Shown here piece after piece: positions 25,146 through 39,568 of a stretch of DNA of 64,000 nucleotides. The notes under the pieces were generated by a model that made no database searches, was not told the origin of the DNA, and saw only the letters and a program-made list of their open reading frames with translations. The position numbers and the translations under genes are program-made. Source of the stretch: Ophelia neglecta (taxonomy: Eukaryota); contig OZ260663.1 in assembly GCA_965285935.1 (NCBI GenBank), forward strand, positions 112,778,001-112,842,000, in the 5' to 3' direction. Within the stretch, counting starts at the first letter, position 1; the number at the start of each line of letters is the position of its first letter.

Positions 25146-27319
25146 CTAGATCCGAAAGTCAACTGCTTCACTTTCTATTTTGGCGGTGTTTTTGTTCAGA
25201 ACATTTACGGTTAAGTCCTGTGGTCTTCCCACAAGGCCTAGCTGAGCCACAACATCTTCATTTATAAATGTTCTGGTGCTAGCATCGTCAAGTAACGCAT
25301 TCACTACCACATTCCCATTGCCACTGACTAGGCGTACTGCTACTGTTCGTAAAGCAATAAACTCTGAACCACTCGAACTGAGAGTAGTAGTATGAGTATG
25401 ATCTACTGAATCTGCTTGCTTTTCCCTGGGAGGTTCCCCACCATGTGTTTGAGGAGTTGGTGAATTCTCGGCGACTGGCTCCAATGTTTTCCCTGTTATT
25501 GGGGTTTCAGGTGCTTTTTCCGTTCTCTTGGCATGCAAAAGTCTATTGTGATTGGACTTGCAGCCATCAATCCCACATGTGCGACTTCTTTGGCATTGAT
25601 CACCACGGTGTGAGTTGGACAAACAACGGAAACAAAGCTTGAGCAATTTTGCTTTTTCCCAACGCTGATCGTTGTTCAAGTTTTTGAATTCTTCACAAGC
25701 CCAAACTGCATGTTTTGCATGGCATATAACACAGTTTCTGTTGTATGTTTTATTTTCTGATCGTACTGGCTGTGTCAAAAATGTTCTTGCTGATTGGCCT
25801 TTTTTCGAACTGTCTTTTAAAATGCCCTTGACGGTTTCTACGGCAGTGCTGAGAAATTCTGATTCTTGGTTCACAAATGCTCTTAAAGTTTCGACAGTTT
25901 CTGGAAAATTGTGCTCGAAAATCCAGCGATTGTATTTAGACAGAAGGTTTTCATTCAATTTTCTCTGCAATGAAACATACAGAGCTCCCCCTCCGAGCTC
26001 GCCTTCCTGACCAACTTCATACATATTGACTACCAATACGTCAAGGAGTTCTGCGAATTTTTCTAAGTCCTGGGCACTATTTTCCCTAATTTGTTTGAAA
26101 TTGTCCAATTCCTCTAACCTGAGCACCATCTGTCGCCTTTTACCAACATACTTTCTCTCAAGACGGTATGTGGCAATATTGTAGGCAGCTGCCGAATGTC
26201 CTAAACTTTCAACAACTTTCAAAGCCTCTCCCTCCAGTGAGTCCCGTAAACGTAAAAGTTTGTATTCTGGTGGTACACTGGTTCTGTCCACACATGCAAT
26301 GAATGCAGCTTTTCATGCCTCATAATTCTTCTTTTCTCCTTTGAATTTTGGGATAGGCACTCGTGTGAGTAGTCTCATTGAGTCAAATTGGTGTGACTGC
26401 GGCGGAAGCGAAGGGTTACAGCTTGGCTGTGCGTAAAACAAAGATCCATGTTGTTGTGGTGACATAACGGATGGTTGTGGCGGAAATCCACTCTCCTGTG
26501 GTGGAGTAATCTGGGCTAGATATGCCGGTGTAACTGGCTGCTGAGGGGTAAACGGCTGTCTATCTGGTATCGAAGATATTTGAGCGGATTCATATGGGTA
26601 GGGCGTAGATGCGACAGCATGAAGGAATGACGGTGCAGGTCTAGTGGCAGCATGGTAAAAGGTGGACGGATTTGACGTAACGTACCTCTGAGGGGCCGGA
26701 GATCGGGACGAATATGACGAATATACCCCTGGGGTACCGAAAATTCCACCATTCCCTGCCATAGTACCTGGCTTGTCATCCTGATTATCAGCATCAGCAT
26801 CTGCCAGTTTGACATTAGTATTATCATGATTTGTAGTTTCTGGTCTTGTGTCATCTTCAGATTTAATTTGTGTGGATGACTTCATCTTGAGACTAGAAAT
26901 TGTCTCCTCTAAATCTTTAGACAGTTTATTGATTTTGGCTTCTGTTTTTGTAATTTCATTTTCAAGGCTGGGGGCTTTAGGACCTCTCAAATGTGTCTCT
27001 GAACCTCATTTTCAGCTTTTGAAAAGGCTTCTTCAATGGCTGATATCTCCACTTCCAGGGCGGCCATTTTGTCAACTTCACTATACACAGAATACATTTG
27101 ACCTAGTTCCTCAAAAGCCAGTATCACATCCTGTAAGACAGCTGACAACTGACCAAAAATTGCCCTGATTTGTGATTTTGTTGACAAGCCATCATCTAAT
27201 GAAGTGTATAATGTGTTCTTTACCTTCTCAAAGGCAGCCTTTGCTTTCAGTTTCCTTGTTCTGAGTCCTAAAGAAGCCATTTTCCTGATGGAAATTTCCA
27301 CAGTTAAAGCAGCCTCCAC
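25146..27319 (-). pseudogene. BEL/Pao gag and protease region (three broken ORFs)
   Basis: DUF1759-like IPKFKG...LRDSLEGEA, three Cys/His knuckles (CVICHAKH..C, CFRCLSNSH..C, CGIDGCKSNH), protease ALLDDAS. Confidence 0.88.
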
Positions 27320-27417
27320 ACAATGTAGATAGAAAATACTTGATCACAAAGTTCCTCCAAATTCCCCCACAAAATCCATGAAACACAACAATAACCATGT
27401 TGCTCTGCTACCAGCAA

Positions 27418-27665
27418 TGTTCCGGCGAAAGTTTAACACTATACAAGAAACGTCACGACTAATTTTACTTCTATATTTCTAAGTTTATTTCCTGCTCATA
27501 ATCATCCATGGCAAACAAAACAAGTACCAAACTCAACCTGAAGGCCTTGACCTTCATTTACATTCAATAACAATTTGCAGCGCACCTAGTGGTCACTGAC
27601 TGAACTTAAAGCTAACAGTGTCTTACTACTTATACTAAGCAATTTAACCAAAAGTCTGCACAACA
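27418..27665 (-). repeat. 5' LTR of the BEL/Pao element
   Basis: Direct repeat of 20981-21228; adjacent PBS. Confidence 0.95.
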
Positions 27666-28809
27666 ACCAATCTACATTATTTTAGCTGGAAACTAGTAAT
27701 TAATTCAGCTCCTTAAATATAGTGCTAACCCTTGTTCGTCTTTCAATTGAAAAGGGTGATTATTATAATCAAGAGCTCATAAAGGTATTGCACAACCCCC
27801 CCTCCCCCCCCCTTAGGCTAAACCTAAATCATGGACATAATTCTTAGTGTATATCCCATTTGAATCACTAGTCGAAGTTAACACAAATCTAAACTGTACC
27901 TTGAAATTGTACCCTGCTTATTATATATTTCATAGACTCAGTTCGTGATTTGGGTTTTCAATGTTTGATAATATCAATGTATGAATAGTATTTCTTGTCA
28001 AATGGGGACAAAGAGTCGTGAATGCGTAACTGCCAACCACTATTCCTACCATCGCAAGCGTTTGTTTGTAAGTATTGTAATACACAGTTGTATCAGGGTA
28101 AACACCATCGACGTGGTGTCTGCAGTCTGTGGACTCTGGATAAACAGGTCCATTGATACCAGTCACCAGTCACAGACGACACACACACAAAGTTACACAA
28201 TCTTAACAATCTTCATTATTCAGTTTAATTTATCAATCAATGTATATAAACATATAGATTTTCAAGACTGACTGTACTATTAATGAAAAAAAAAACAGAA
28301 ATAAAGTTCAAACATATCCCGCACGACTCTCTACTTTTGTATGAAATCCTTGATGAGTGCTTTATAACAATGTATTATTGTTCATGTTAATTAAATTAAT
28401 TGCCAGATGTACAAGGGCGTCTTTGTAAGTATGCAATGATCGCGCTATGTAAGGGTGTATAACTTATATATTTGATGTTTGTCATAACTGATTAATTCAA
28501 ATATATAACATCAAGATTACCTGCATTTTACAACATCCAGAATTAAGACGGCCCAGGCTTTTACAAACCAACCTAAGAAATCCAAACTCAAGAACACAGC
28601 CATATAAAATGCCACCATTACAAACCTGTGGAAGTTATTGCTGACTGTATATTCTGATATTACCCGAGGCCATATTGGTTCAAGAATAATTTTTAAAGTC
28701 GTTTTTAACACGGCCATGGCCAGGTGTGTGCTGTAAGCAGACATACAGTGCGAGTCCTTGATAGGGGAACATGTGGAGTATGAAGTCTATATATATTTGT
28801 CTGCGAGTT

Positions 28810-28988
28810 CCAATAAGTGGCAATATAAATCCAATAATTGGCAACACAAACCCAATCATTCGCAATACAAACCCACAGATTGGCAATATAAACCAAACCA
28901 TTGGCAATAAAAACCCAATGATTGACAAAATAAACCCAATAATTAGCAATACAATCCAAATCATTTGCAATACAAACCAAATCACTTA
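28810..28988. repeat. 21-bp tandem repeat (ccaatcattggcaatacaaac), about 8.5 copies
   Basis: Read directly; it explains the spurious heptad ORFs 28680-28985 and 28771-28989. Confidence 0.85.
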
Positions 28989-29034
28989 GGCCACCGTACC
29001 AACATGCCATGGTCATGGCGCCTGTTGGCCCTTT

Positions 29035-31352
29035 TATGAATCGTAAATTACGGGAACAGAAAACAATGCGTGTTTGCTGAGACTTGTTGTAAGAGATCGA
29101 GAGGGAAGACGCTGGAACACACACAGTGAGTTGTTCCACCGTCAATTCCGAGTTTCATCCGAGGAGCTAGTTGATAAATATAACCATGTTCTCAGCTCAC
29201 TGTTAGATCAGCATGCTCCTCTCAGGACAAAAACTGTGGCCTTACGAGCCATAGAGCCATGGTTTGATGACTCAATTGGGGAGGTAAAAAGATATAGAAG
29301 GAAACTCGAGCGCTAATGGCGACACACAAAACTTGTGGTGCATCGCGACATGTACAGGGCACAGGCTGATGCTGTTAACTGTTTGGTGAAGCGAGCCAAA
29401 CAGGAGCATTATACTTCAACTATTCAAGAAAATAGAGGTGATCAGAAAGCTCTGTTTAGAGTTATAGACACCCTCCTTCATCGAGGTAAAACTTCACCAC
29501 AACCCACAAGTTGCTCAACACAAGTACTAGCTGACTCTTTCGCGAATTTTTTTGCTGATAAAGTTACTAAGGTTTATAATGACCTGAGCGCAGTGCGCCA
29601 GTCATGTTCTGATACCCCGGGTGAGGAATTGCATGTGGAGCTGCCCTACTGTGGGGATGTGCTACAGGCTTTCCGACTAACAAATGTTGTAGAGCTAAAA
29701 AAAAGTTGTCATGAGCTCCCCCACCAAAATCATGCGAGCTTGACCCTGTCCCTACTTGGTTACTCAAGGGGTGCTTGGATACTCTACTGCCTGTTTTGGT
29801 TGACATTATAAACCTTTCATTCAGCTCTGGGGTTGTACCTCACAAACTCAAACATGCAGTGGTTAGACCATTGCTCAAGAAAGCTAGTTTGGACAAGGAA
29901 CAGCGCGGCCATTACAGGCCAGTGTCTAATCTGACTTACCTGTCAAAACTAGCAGAGCGAGTGGTCGCCAGTAGGCTCACTGACCACATGAAGTCAAACA
30001 ACCTAGATGAGTTGTTTCAGTCCGCTTACAAGAAATTCCACAGCGTTGAAACAGCCCTGGTGCGGGTTCACAACGATGTGATGGTGGCTCTAGACCAACA
30101 GAAATGTGTACTGTTGGTTCTTCTTGATCTATCTTGTGCCTTTGACACCGTTGACCATGCAGTCTTATTAGAGCGGCTAGAGAGTCGCATCGGTGTCCAA
30201 GGCAGTGCCCTTGCTTGGTTCAGTTCATATATTTCTGATAGATCCCAGTGCGTGAGCATTGGCTCCACTTGTTCTGAGTCGAAGCTTCTAGGTCGTGGCG
30301 TGCCCCAGGGGAGCGTACTAGGGCAGCTTTTGTTCTCAATCTATACACTGCCATTGGGGGATCTCATGGGATATTACCAGATCCCATACCATTTTTATGC
30401 TGATGATACTCAGGTATATATCTCTTTTAAACCGGAGGACTTGCCGGAGGCAAAATCGAAAGTTGAGATCTGCATTGATGGTGTGAGGAAATGGATGGCT
30501 CACAATTTTCTTCGTTTTAATGACACTAAGACAGAAATTATGTGTATCAGGTCAAGAGGAAGCAATCAAAGCATTGATACAGGCGTTCGAATAGGGGAGT
30601 CTCTGATTCAGCTTTCCTCTTCAGCACGAAATATTGGAGCAATTTTCAGTAGTGATGGCACTCTCGAAGCACACATCAACGCAGCCTGCAAGGGTGCATT
30701 TTTTCAGCTGCGCAATATTGCCAAGATAAAAAAGTATCTCACACCAGAGGCCCTGCAGACTATAACTCGTGCATTTGTAACATCAACAATTGATAATTTG
30801 AACTCACTCTATGGAGGGCTCCCAGTTTTTCTAGTTCAAAAATTGCAACGGGTGCAGAATGCAGCAGCCCGCATGGTGCTCGGGTCCCCTTACAGGGCAC
30901 ATATCACACCACTTCTCAAGCAGTGCAACAGCGCATACAATTTAAAATCTGCCTGATCACATTTAAGCCTCTCAACGGGCTGGCTCCCCCATACGTCAGG
31001 GATATGTTGCTCCCATATGTGCCAACCAGAGACTTAAGATCACGGGGTCACAATTTGTTGGGGTACCAAAGGTCAGAACCGTTAGTTTTGGACATAGGCA
31101 ATTTTCGCATCTAGCTCCTAAAATATGGAACAGTTTGCCAAGTGATGCACATTTGTCTGAAACTGTTTCCGGTTTTAAACGTAAAATAAAGTCTTTTCTT
31201 TTTAATGCAGCTTTCAAAAACTTGTAAACTATGTTTGTTTTTAACCCAATTGTTTTTACATAACTCTATATTTTTTATTGTTAAGCGCTATTGAACAAGT
31301 TTTTTGGAAATAACGCTCTATAAATGTGATAAATAAATGTAAATAAATAAAA
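29035..31352 (+). mobile_element. 5'-truncated L2-clade LINE (RT ORF 29775-30956, frameshifted)
   Basis: [50 protein letters not shown]; (TAAA)n tail at about 31320-31352. Confidence 0.9.
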
Positions 31353-31569
31353 TCGTTATTATTAATTACACCATATACATAGACCCGTCTTATCGCCCAC
31401 CACAGCTATCCGCTTGATTGCATTTGTAATGAATACGGCCTAAATGCAAACAAAATGCACACATGCAAGTACGGTGGCCTGTGTTTGCATCAATCTATGT
31501 ATCCGGAGTGCCGTTCACAGGGGGCTGCACCTGTTGCGTGACATCACCCGAGTCTTTTATCGCCAAAGC

Positions 31570-34390
31570 TGCGTATGGCTTCAATATTCAGTGCGTTAAA
31601 CGGCTCACCTGTGACCGATTGGGTCGTTGAGGAATCGGATAATGAGGACCAATATCCATCCACCAAGACCAGAGGCAGATATACTGGGGCAATTGAGAGA
31701 TAAGATCGGACACCTACCTCGTAAAAGCTTTGTAAAGTCACGTGCTCTGGACTTCTTTGACGTGGACCTTGATCATTTTCGGGCTGATTTTTATGATTAC
31801 ACTGTCCCCAACCTTAACGTACCTCAAGGGCAACTCATTTCAAGGAAAAACTCCAGCAACAGGCGAGAAGAAAAAAAGGCTAATGAAATATTCTGCCTTC
31901 TCCAGTACATTGAGAGAATATTCCAATGGACCTTAAAAAATGATAGGCGGCAGATGGAGACCCAAGTATAATGATTCGCTGGCTGAGATGGAGGCTGTTA
32001 AGGATGTATAGACCGGTACCAATGCGTCATTAATTAATCATATGGTGGTACTTACCTGTCTTCTCCCTTCCTGGATAAATTCATTACACGAGTGAGGCAG
32101 TCATTGAGTCCTCGCGAAACAACTCCAACCCCACTCCCAACAGTTGCAAGCATTAACCAATGCAAGGAAATAGGTGGAAATGGGAGAGACTTTTCTATTA
32201 TTTTGTATCGCCTGTTAGTTTGAGAATCTGTAGATCACAAGGCTATGGATGAAAAGATCGCGAAACTCCAGATAGAAGTGATGTCCTCTAGATGAAGAAA
32301 AATGGGTATCGAAACCCAATCCTATCGCACGGAACGTTCTTACCAAGTCCAGGTTTTCCTTAAAGGGGCAACTGGCTCTATTAAAAAAGTTGGACCAGTC
32401 CCTTTTGCCCCCTGTATGATGAGTAGATACATTTGCCCATACGTTTTCGGGCCTCAGTACACACCCGAAAGTTCTTTTAACACATTTTTACCACTTCTTC
32501 CAATAGCAAGATCCTAAAACATGCTACCTCAAGCACACTTCCCATTCACCGCAAAAAAAAGAGAATGCTTTAGATCCAGCAAGCCAGGAGGAAAACTCTT
32601 TCTCAGCGTCCCCAAGACCAGTCCTCCTTTGGACAGACCGGAACACCCATTTACCAAAATCTATGTTGGAAATTTAACAGACAAAGCAAGACTGGAGGTT
32701 ATAAGAAATACCCATGGCTTTGTAACAAAAGTGCCCGCAACATACGTATAATGAGAAGCAAAAATATGAGTGGATTTTCATCGTGGAGGCTTTACCAAGT
32801 GCGACTGACACCCTTACTAAGGAAGAGTTTGGGCTAGGCAGTACCTGCGCTAGGTCTTTGGAGGGGAAAGGTTATCGGAGTTTGGCTGCGGACAAAAAAA
32901 TACTCTTGCGGCGGTCAACTGAAAAGGCCTATTACGTGGCTTTAACTACGTGGATATTATATTGGATGATCTTAAACCTGATCGAATGTTTTTTCTGAAC
33001 TTTGGCGCCGTGAAAGGATGGAATGTGTACTTAGCGGACCTGACTCAGCCAAGTCAATCCGAAATCTGAGAGTGTAGCCAAATGCGACCCAAGGAATGAA
33101 ATACTCGATACGGAACATCAGGGCCAGCGATATAAGGGATGTTCTGCGTTTCTGTGAACAGAGAGCTAACACACATTGTGACACAGATAGATATTACAAA
33201 CCCAAGAATTCAAATAATCAATCTTCCATTGTCAATAGGCTTCTTTTTCATCGGTGTTGATCAGTCATCCTCGGACCATGGCTTGGCTAGGTTTGTTCAT
33301 TCCTTTCAGTCTGCTGTATATGATTCCCTCCGCGGTCAGGGTATGGTGATAATCATGGGCGACCTAAACTGTACATTTAAAAACTAGGATATACCATTGA
33401 AACGAGTATCTGACATAGCAAAGCAGATGCTTATTCATTTCCGTCGCTTCTTGATGGGTTGTGAACTGACCTCGTGGATGGTCGAGGAGGGGTGTATAGG
33501 ACCCAGATATACCAGGGAGCCATACGACGGTGGTCCAAGGTAATTAATTGATCACCCGAACGCGGCCCAGAGATATTGTGATTTCACATGCCATCATTGA
33601 TGACCCTGCTCCTAATGTATCTGACCATCTCTCTGTTACGATTATTATGAACATCAACAAAACGTCCCTGTGTGAACCCAAAACGTCTACTACAACCATG
33701 AAAGCTATCAATTGGCGGAATACTACAGAAAAGGGATAGACAATTGCTTAGTAACGTGAAGTAACCAATGCGATTCTAGCATCTGACCATCAAGGATTTC
33801 ATGGGGAGGACGATCTAGATTCCGTGTATCAACGCATAGTCAGAATCCTACGTAATGGCGCATATTGTCATATTCCGAAGAACAACTGTCCATCCTTATT
33901 TGAAACATAATGGGAAAAAGGATAGCCTAAATTAATTACGTGGTCATTTGAGGAGACTCATTGGCCTAATTGAACATCGGCCATTGTTTCCGAGAATACA
34001 AATACTCTAAAAGCCAATACCGATTAGCCCAGCGTCGCCCTATACTTGCGTCTGAAACTGAATACTATCATAAAATAGACGATGCTGCGGATTGTGATCA
34101 GGACAAACTTCAGGTCCTCTTGAATTCCCGAATTCGAAAAATAAACAATGGAAACCTATGAGATATATAATTGAATTCAGAAAGAGAGCCTACGCTGATA
34201 AAGAACACTTGGCCTGATGACCTCAGAGTTATACCAGTTGCTGAGTGATCCGGGGATCAATCATGAACATAAGGCAGACATTAAGAGAGAGGCTGATCAC
34301 ACTCGCGGGGCATGAATCAGAGCCAATAATGAGAGGTACAATATCATCAAAGGAAATTGATGTTGCCCTACAAGCAATAAAATAAAATAA
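31570..34390 (+). mobile_element. Old LINE 5' half: ORF1 remnant, APE endonuclease and linker
   Basis: IYVGNL (RRM-like ORF1), IIMGDLN, NVSDHL, ISSKEIDVAL; heavily degraded. Confidence 0.65.
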
Positions 34391-34549
34391 AAAGAAATAT
34401 TGATATTAGTGAAGTTTCTGTAACAAGAATAATTAAATCAAATTGTAGTTGAAAGAAAAGAGGATGGGAAAGCAACGTGGAATAATAATGCACCGATTGT
34501 TGAATCACATGGATATTATTGAAAACACCAGATCACCAGAAAAAATGCT

Positions 34550-37500
34550 TATCAACGTCAAGTACCCTGCTTGGTAGCAGTACCTATTGTAGTCGGTAAA
34601 ATGTGACGGATGACGCGTTGATTGTCTAGTTGATTTTTATCTCGTGAATAGCTTGTTGTTGACGACAGCTATGCCTCCGACTTCTTTACCCACGTCTTGG
34701 ATAACATATGTATTGCGAGGCGGCAATTAAGTAACACCACTTTTATGATTATATATCACTGTTTTCATTCGGTTAACACGGATCCAGATAATCTGAGAAA
34801 TACCTAACCTTTCGCTTTTGATGACGTCCGCTTTTCGACTTTGATCTGATACATGTATTTATTCTGTATTTATAAGTTCAACTAATTATCATATTGTTTT
34901 GTAAATAATTGTATTAATGATGTTTATTTTTTAACTGTACACTTTGTTATTGGAATTAGCAACTCCATGAAAAGGAGAAAATAAAAAATTTATACATATA
35001 TATTTGTAGTAAAATCAATCATGGTACAAGCTTAGAACAATTTTTTATGGCGTCTATTAAAATCTATAATACTAAATACGATAAATGGGAAATTGATCGC
35101 GGAACTATATAAAGACGCATGATTCTAACAATTCAATGTTAATTGTCATTGTCTATGAACAATGTATACATGAAAATATAAAACAAACAAGCAATAGGTA
35201 AAATTAGTGAGAAAGTCCTAATAAATGTGAAGAGTGTTTCGATGCACGAGTAGAAAAATAAACTCGTAACATTAACTATCTATCCATATAATGAAAGCCG
35301 AAAACTATTAACGCATAGAAAATTACCTATTAGTTCGTGGACATACATATATTATTTATCATCAAAGGCATCTGGGGTAAATACATGTAGGTGTAAAATA
35401 GATGCTTTTTAGCCCAATAACAAATCAGCTTGTTATTTTTACAATGCAGGCGTGATGATCAAAGTGCATGAATATAGGCCCAGTTTATAATATTTTAGTT
35501 ATGACCGAAAATAAGCACCTACATACTAACTGATTAAACTAGCATTAAGCTTCTACGTCAATAAAAGATTTTTCCCACAGAAAAGAGTTAGTAAAGTTTT
35601 AAAACAACTCTTCAAGATAGATAATTTATAACAGTAAGGGCGATAGTACCATTGACTGCTATTACGCGGCAGTCTGTTATGATACAAATGTCAAATATGT
35701 GAAAGTTTGTTTTTTGAATTGGGTCTTTATCCGTTGTTACCCCCCAATGTTTTCATAATCGTCTGGTCCCGTGGACTGCAGATACGGCGTGGGTCGTGGA
35801 GGACAGAGGTCCATTGGTAGATTCAGTTCACCTGAAACACAAATCTTGAATAATGGCAGGTTGGGACTGATAGCCCCGAATTGTTTGCTTTACAAATAAA
35901 AACACTTATTTAGATTATACGCGAGTGGATTTTAATTACAGTGCATTAACTAGAATGAAGAGCGTAAAAATATAATACTATATTCAGCGCCAGTAGTGGG
36001 TCCATGGTTTACTGAGGAGCGGCCGAGATCTAATGTCTCATACGATGTCTGAACGGTTTGTTGGCCGGTTGCCTCCATTCCAGTTGTCGGCTTCAAATCA
36101 TTTCTCTTGTTCCTTAAATTGAATAATTTTGATATTAAAAACTATACTTACCATAAAACGATATTGACGTGTACAATTTTTCTGTTAGTTTGTGGAACAT
36201 CTCTTCCTTATCAATATAACTGATAAAACCAGGACAATGGCGAGTGTGATAGCGTTTGCTCCAGCCAGTCCCGCTATCAACCCGGTGTTTAAGGCACTGC
36301 CTTGGCAAACACCAGATTGCCCAGGTCCCTCGAATGGCGATGTCGTCATCGTAGTTGAAGGAGGCGAGGTTTTAGAAGATGGCTTTGGAGCTACAGGAAA
36401 ATACATGTTGAATTCAGGATACAAAGTCTTTTCTAAGTAAAGGTTCTTATATGGAAATCACTAACGCTGCCTAGCGGCGTTTAACTGGGTGAAGTAGGAG
36501 ACAGAATTATAGTATAGGACAGAACTAGTTGGGAGAGGTTACTTGGGCCTGACTCTGAAGCAGAGAGAGAGTAGCGAGGAGCCAATGGACGATGGGGATT
36601 AAGACTAGATAACACGCTTCTTTTAACCTGTTATCACGTTGGTTGACCTCAGGGTATTTTCCACTCCTCTCGTACACCGTGCCGTCTGTATACACCCTGT
36701 ACACAGACAAGCCAAACTGGTACCTAATCTCAGGCTCCAGTCCTACCACTAACACCTGCAGTTGGTCTGACCTATGGTGTGTAACGTTCTGTTCTCGGCT
36801 CCACTGGCTGCCATTTCCCTTTCTGTAGACTTGGTAGCCAATAAACGGAGCCGCGTTATCTGAGATGGAGTCTGAGTAATTCCATTCTAGTATAACCGTG
36901 GTCGAGCTGGCAGCTGTTCCCGTCAGTCTAGTAATGGCTGTGTTTAACACGTGGCCTGAAGGATGAAGTGGGTATGATTGTAGTTTACAATTTACTTAAA
37001 TCACGGCGTTGTGGCCGCTGGAAATGGGTAAACCGATGTAAAGCCGATTTTTGTGAGTTTACGTGGCTAAGAAAGCATTTTTAAAGTATGTGTTATAACT
37101 CAAGGATTGCTGGGTCACTATGACGCGTACCATTCAAGATAATAATATTGAGTAATTAGACATTGGCAATATACCCAAGTAACGACAGCCTAGTCGAAAT
37201 ACTGCCATACAAAGACTACTAGCTACTCACATCGTCGTTACACGGTGAGGTCAGGTTATATAACCTTGTCTTCTTACTTACCTATTTTGATGTCACACCT
37301 GTGTCCAAGCCACCACACGTCGTTGTCAATATTAATGACTTCTTTACATCCGTCGGTACAGACTCCAGACACTTTATTACAAGGCCGGTCACTGTCCGGT
37401 TTACAGTGGTCAGTGCATCTGGCCTCACAACTGTTTCCATACCAACCAGATATACAAGCTATAACAAATTTACTAATATGATGTCATTGAACATATTATT

Positions 37501-39084
37501 AATATAAATGTTTTTAACACTTGTAAGGTGCAATGCCAAATTTCTGCGCCATTAACTATTGGAGATTTGATAAAAGAAAGACCCACATCTTGTACAGTTC
37601 GGTAGTCTGGTTCCATTAGGACAACTACTGCAGCCATCTTAGTCGTCGCAGGTGGCCGGGGGAGGACAATGGCTGCAATCTGATATACATACGTGAAAAC
37701 ACATTTATTCGGCCGCGGAATGTTGGGGGTTAGGTATGGCCTGTTGAACCCGGCCACGGGTCAATTTTAACGTAAAGTTTGCAGCCAAAACGATATTATT
37801 TAAAATATGGGTTGTCACTCAATAATGAACGACCGAATTATATAATCACAATCAAATAAAGTAGTAATTCCCACTTCACATGACAACGTAACAGTTATAA
37901 TAAATCAAGTCTTTTAGGACCGATGAAAAGTCTTAAAGTCTGATCCTTAGGGTTGAAAACGTGTCCAATTCCAACGGCTTCACCCTCCACTATCTACAGA
38001 AAGTATCACCTCCCCTTTTCTCGAAGCCAACTTGGGCGGATATCCATTAGGCCTAGAGAGCAATGAGCAAGCCAACCACTCAGCCTACTACGCCGAGCAC
38101 TTTTGGTTTGGATGCAACAACCAAACACTTGTATCCACACACTGTTTAGTCGTTAATCATGTGATTGGAACTGGCTATGTTTGTGGGATACTATTTAACG
38201 AACCTACAGCCATAAGTACTGGAGTGACGAAATGTTCATAAATGTACCTGTAAGCGCGATGTAGCATAAATAGTACAAATAAAACGCCAAAATTGACAGT
38301 GATGAATGAAGCGCCCATATTAATCCCTCTATTGTGAAATCTGCAAAATATGTAATTAGATGGCTACAGGGATGAAAAATGACTGCCGGGAAAGTGGTGG
38401 TGGGGGGAGGGGGGTTGGTTTGGTCGTCTGTGTGTGTTAAAAGTTTACGGTCGTTGTATTTCTTTTACTAATTATCGTGTAAGGAAATCATAAGGCATTT
38501 AAATACTGGTCTCAAAAGTCGATAGATCTGTTCTAAACCCCAACCTTGTACACACATATTTCAAAATAATGAAGCCTAGGTCGCATTTCTATCAATCACC
38601 GACATATGATCTCCCAGTAACTACGAACTCACAGATTGTCACGTAGCGAATGTCTTCTGACGGAGACGTTCTCTCGCTAACATAGGCGACATATCTACCA
38701 GTCATTATAGTTGTACAATTGAGAGTGAGATGCCCTCACCTTGTCACTGGGCCCTGGTGCCGTACACATTCCATACCATTTCTGATATCGGTTGTGTTAC
38801 CGACAGTTATCCGGAATTCAGACATCCTAACTACAAATGTAATGATATTGCATTAAGATCCCAATTCATGGCCAACATGATTAACCATTTAAAAAATTAA
38901 AATGTTTAAATATATACACATACCATACACATCGTGATCCACATTAAACAAGGTTACACTATAGATCACGTGGTCAGTTCCCAGGTCGACATACCACCAG
39001 GCGGCACTGGGGTCACTGGAGGATTGGTTACCGGTATAAGCACAATGATATTGAAATTGGTCAGGGTTTGTGTCACCGTCGACA
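34550..39084. repeat. Segmental duplication of about 48425-52360
   Basis: Colinear exons, introns and about 1.1 kb of 3' flank. Confidence 0.85.
35737..39084 (-). pseudogene. Receptor paralog 2 (F-lectin, Cys-rich, FN3, TM, short Tyr-motif tail), 5'-truncated
   Basis: Exons 38924-39084 (cut by a LINE), 38600-38830 (TGA at 38736-38738), 37587-37679, 37282-37458, 36628-36955 (frameshift), 36207-36390 (donor GT>GA), 35979-36112, 35737-35831. Confidence 0.85.
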
Positions 39085-39568
39085 ACAACACCTTAAATTT
39101 TTATAAAGTTTACAAGCCCAATTTTTTGACCATTTAATAGAAGGTCATTAACAGACAGTGTCCCAGATCTTTTATTTCTGAAGACCATAAAATTTGTTTT
39201 CGAGACATTTAGTGTAAGTTTATTTGAATGGAACCAGGAGATTAGCTTTGGCATTTCGGTATTGAATAAATTAATCAAGTTATTCACAGAGCGGCCTGTA
39301 ATCAGAAAGTTGGAATCATCGGCAAATAAGCGTGTAAAAAGAGTTTGAGATACGTTTGCCATATCATTAATGTATAGTAGAAAGAGAAGTGGCCCCAGGA
39401 TCAATCCCTGAGGAACACCACATGAGATTGGGGAGTACTGAGAATAGGTATTTTCAAAATCAACAAATTGGCTTTGATTTGTCAGATAAGAATTCAGCCA
39501 ATCAAAGGCAATGCCCCGCACTCCACAACACTCAAGTTTAGACAGGAGGATACCGTGGTTCACTGTGT
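39085..39568 (-). mobile_element. CR1-like LINE RT fragment interrupting paralog 2
   Basis: NHGILLSKL, GVPQGLILGPLLFLLYIND, LFADD. Confidence 0.88.

Larger units (their letters stand above)
20981..27665 (-). mobile_element. Full-length BEL/Pao LTR retrotransposon, recently inserted, polyprotein disrupted
   Basis: 248-bp LTRs at 20981-21228 and 27418-27665 (TG...CA, 3 mismatches), ACCAA 5-bp TSD, PBS TGGTAGCAGAG (27403-27413) complementary to the initiator tRNA-Met 3' end, PPT GAAAGGGGAGGA beside the 3' LTR. Confidence 0.96.

Noticed and set aside
22339-26010. Plus-strand ORFs inside the BEL element (similar ones occur inside the Ngaro element and receptor exons)
   Set aside because: Antisense shadows of real coding sequence with no motifs of their own.
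27930-28271. Short ORFs after the BEL 5' LTR
   Set aside because: No recognisable domain or splice context.
28680-28989. Hydrophobic or Asn-rich heptad ORFs (membrane or antifreeze-like)
   Set aside because: Both strands are open only because of a 21-bp tandem repeat; no supporting gene structure.
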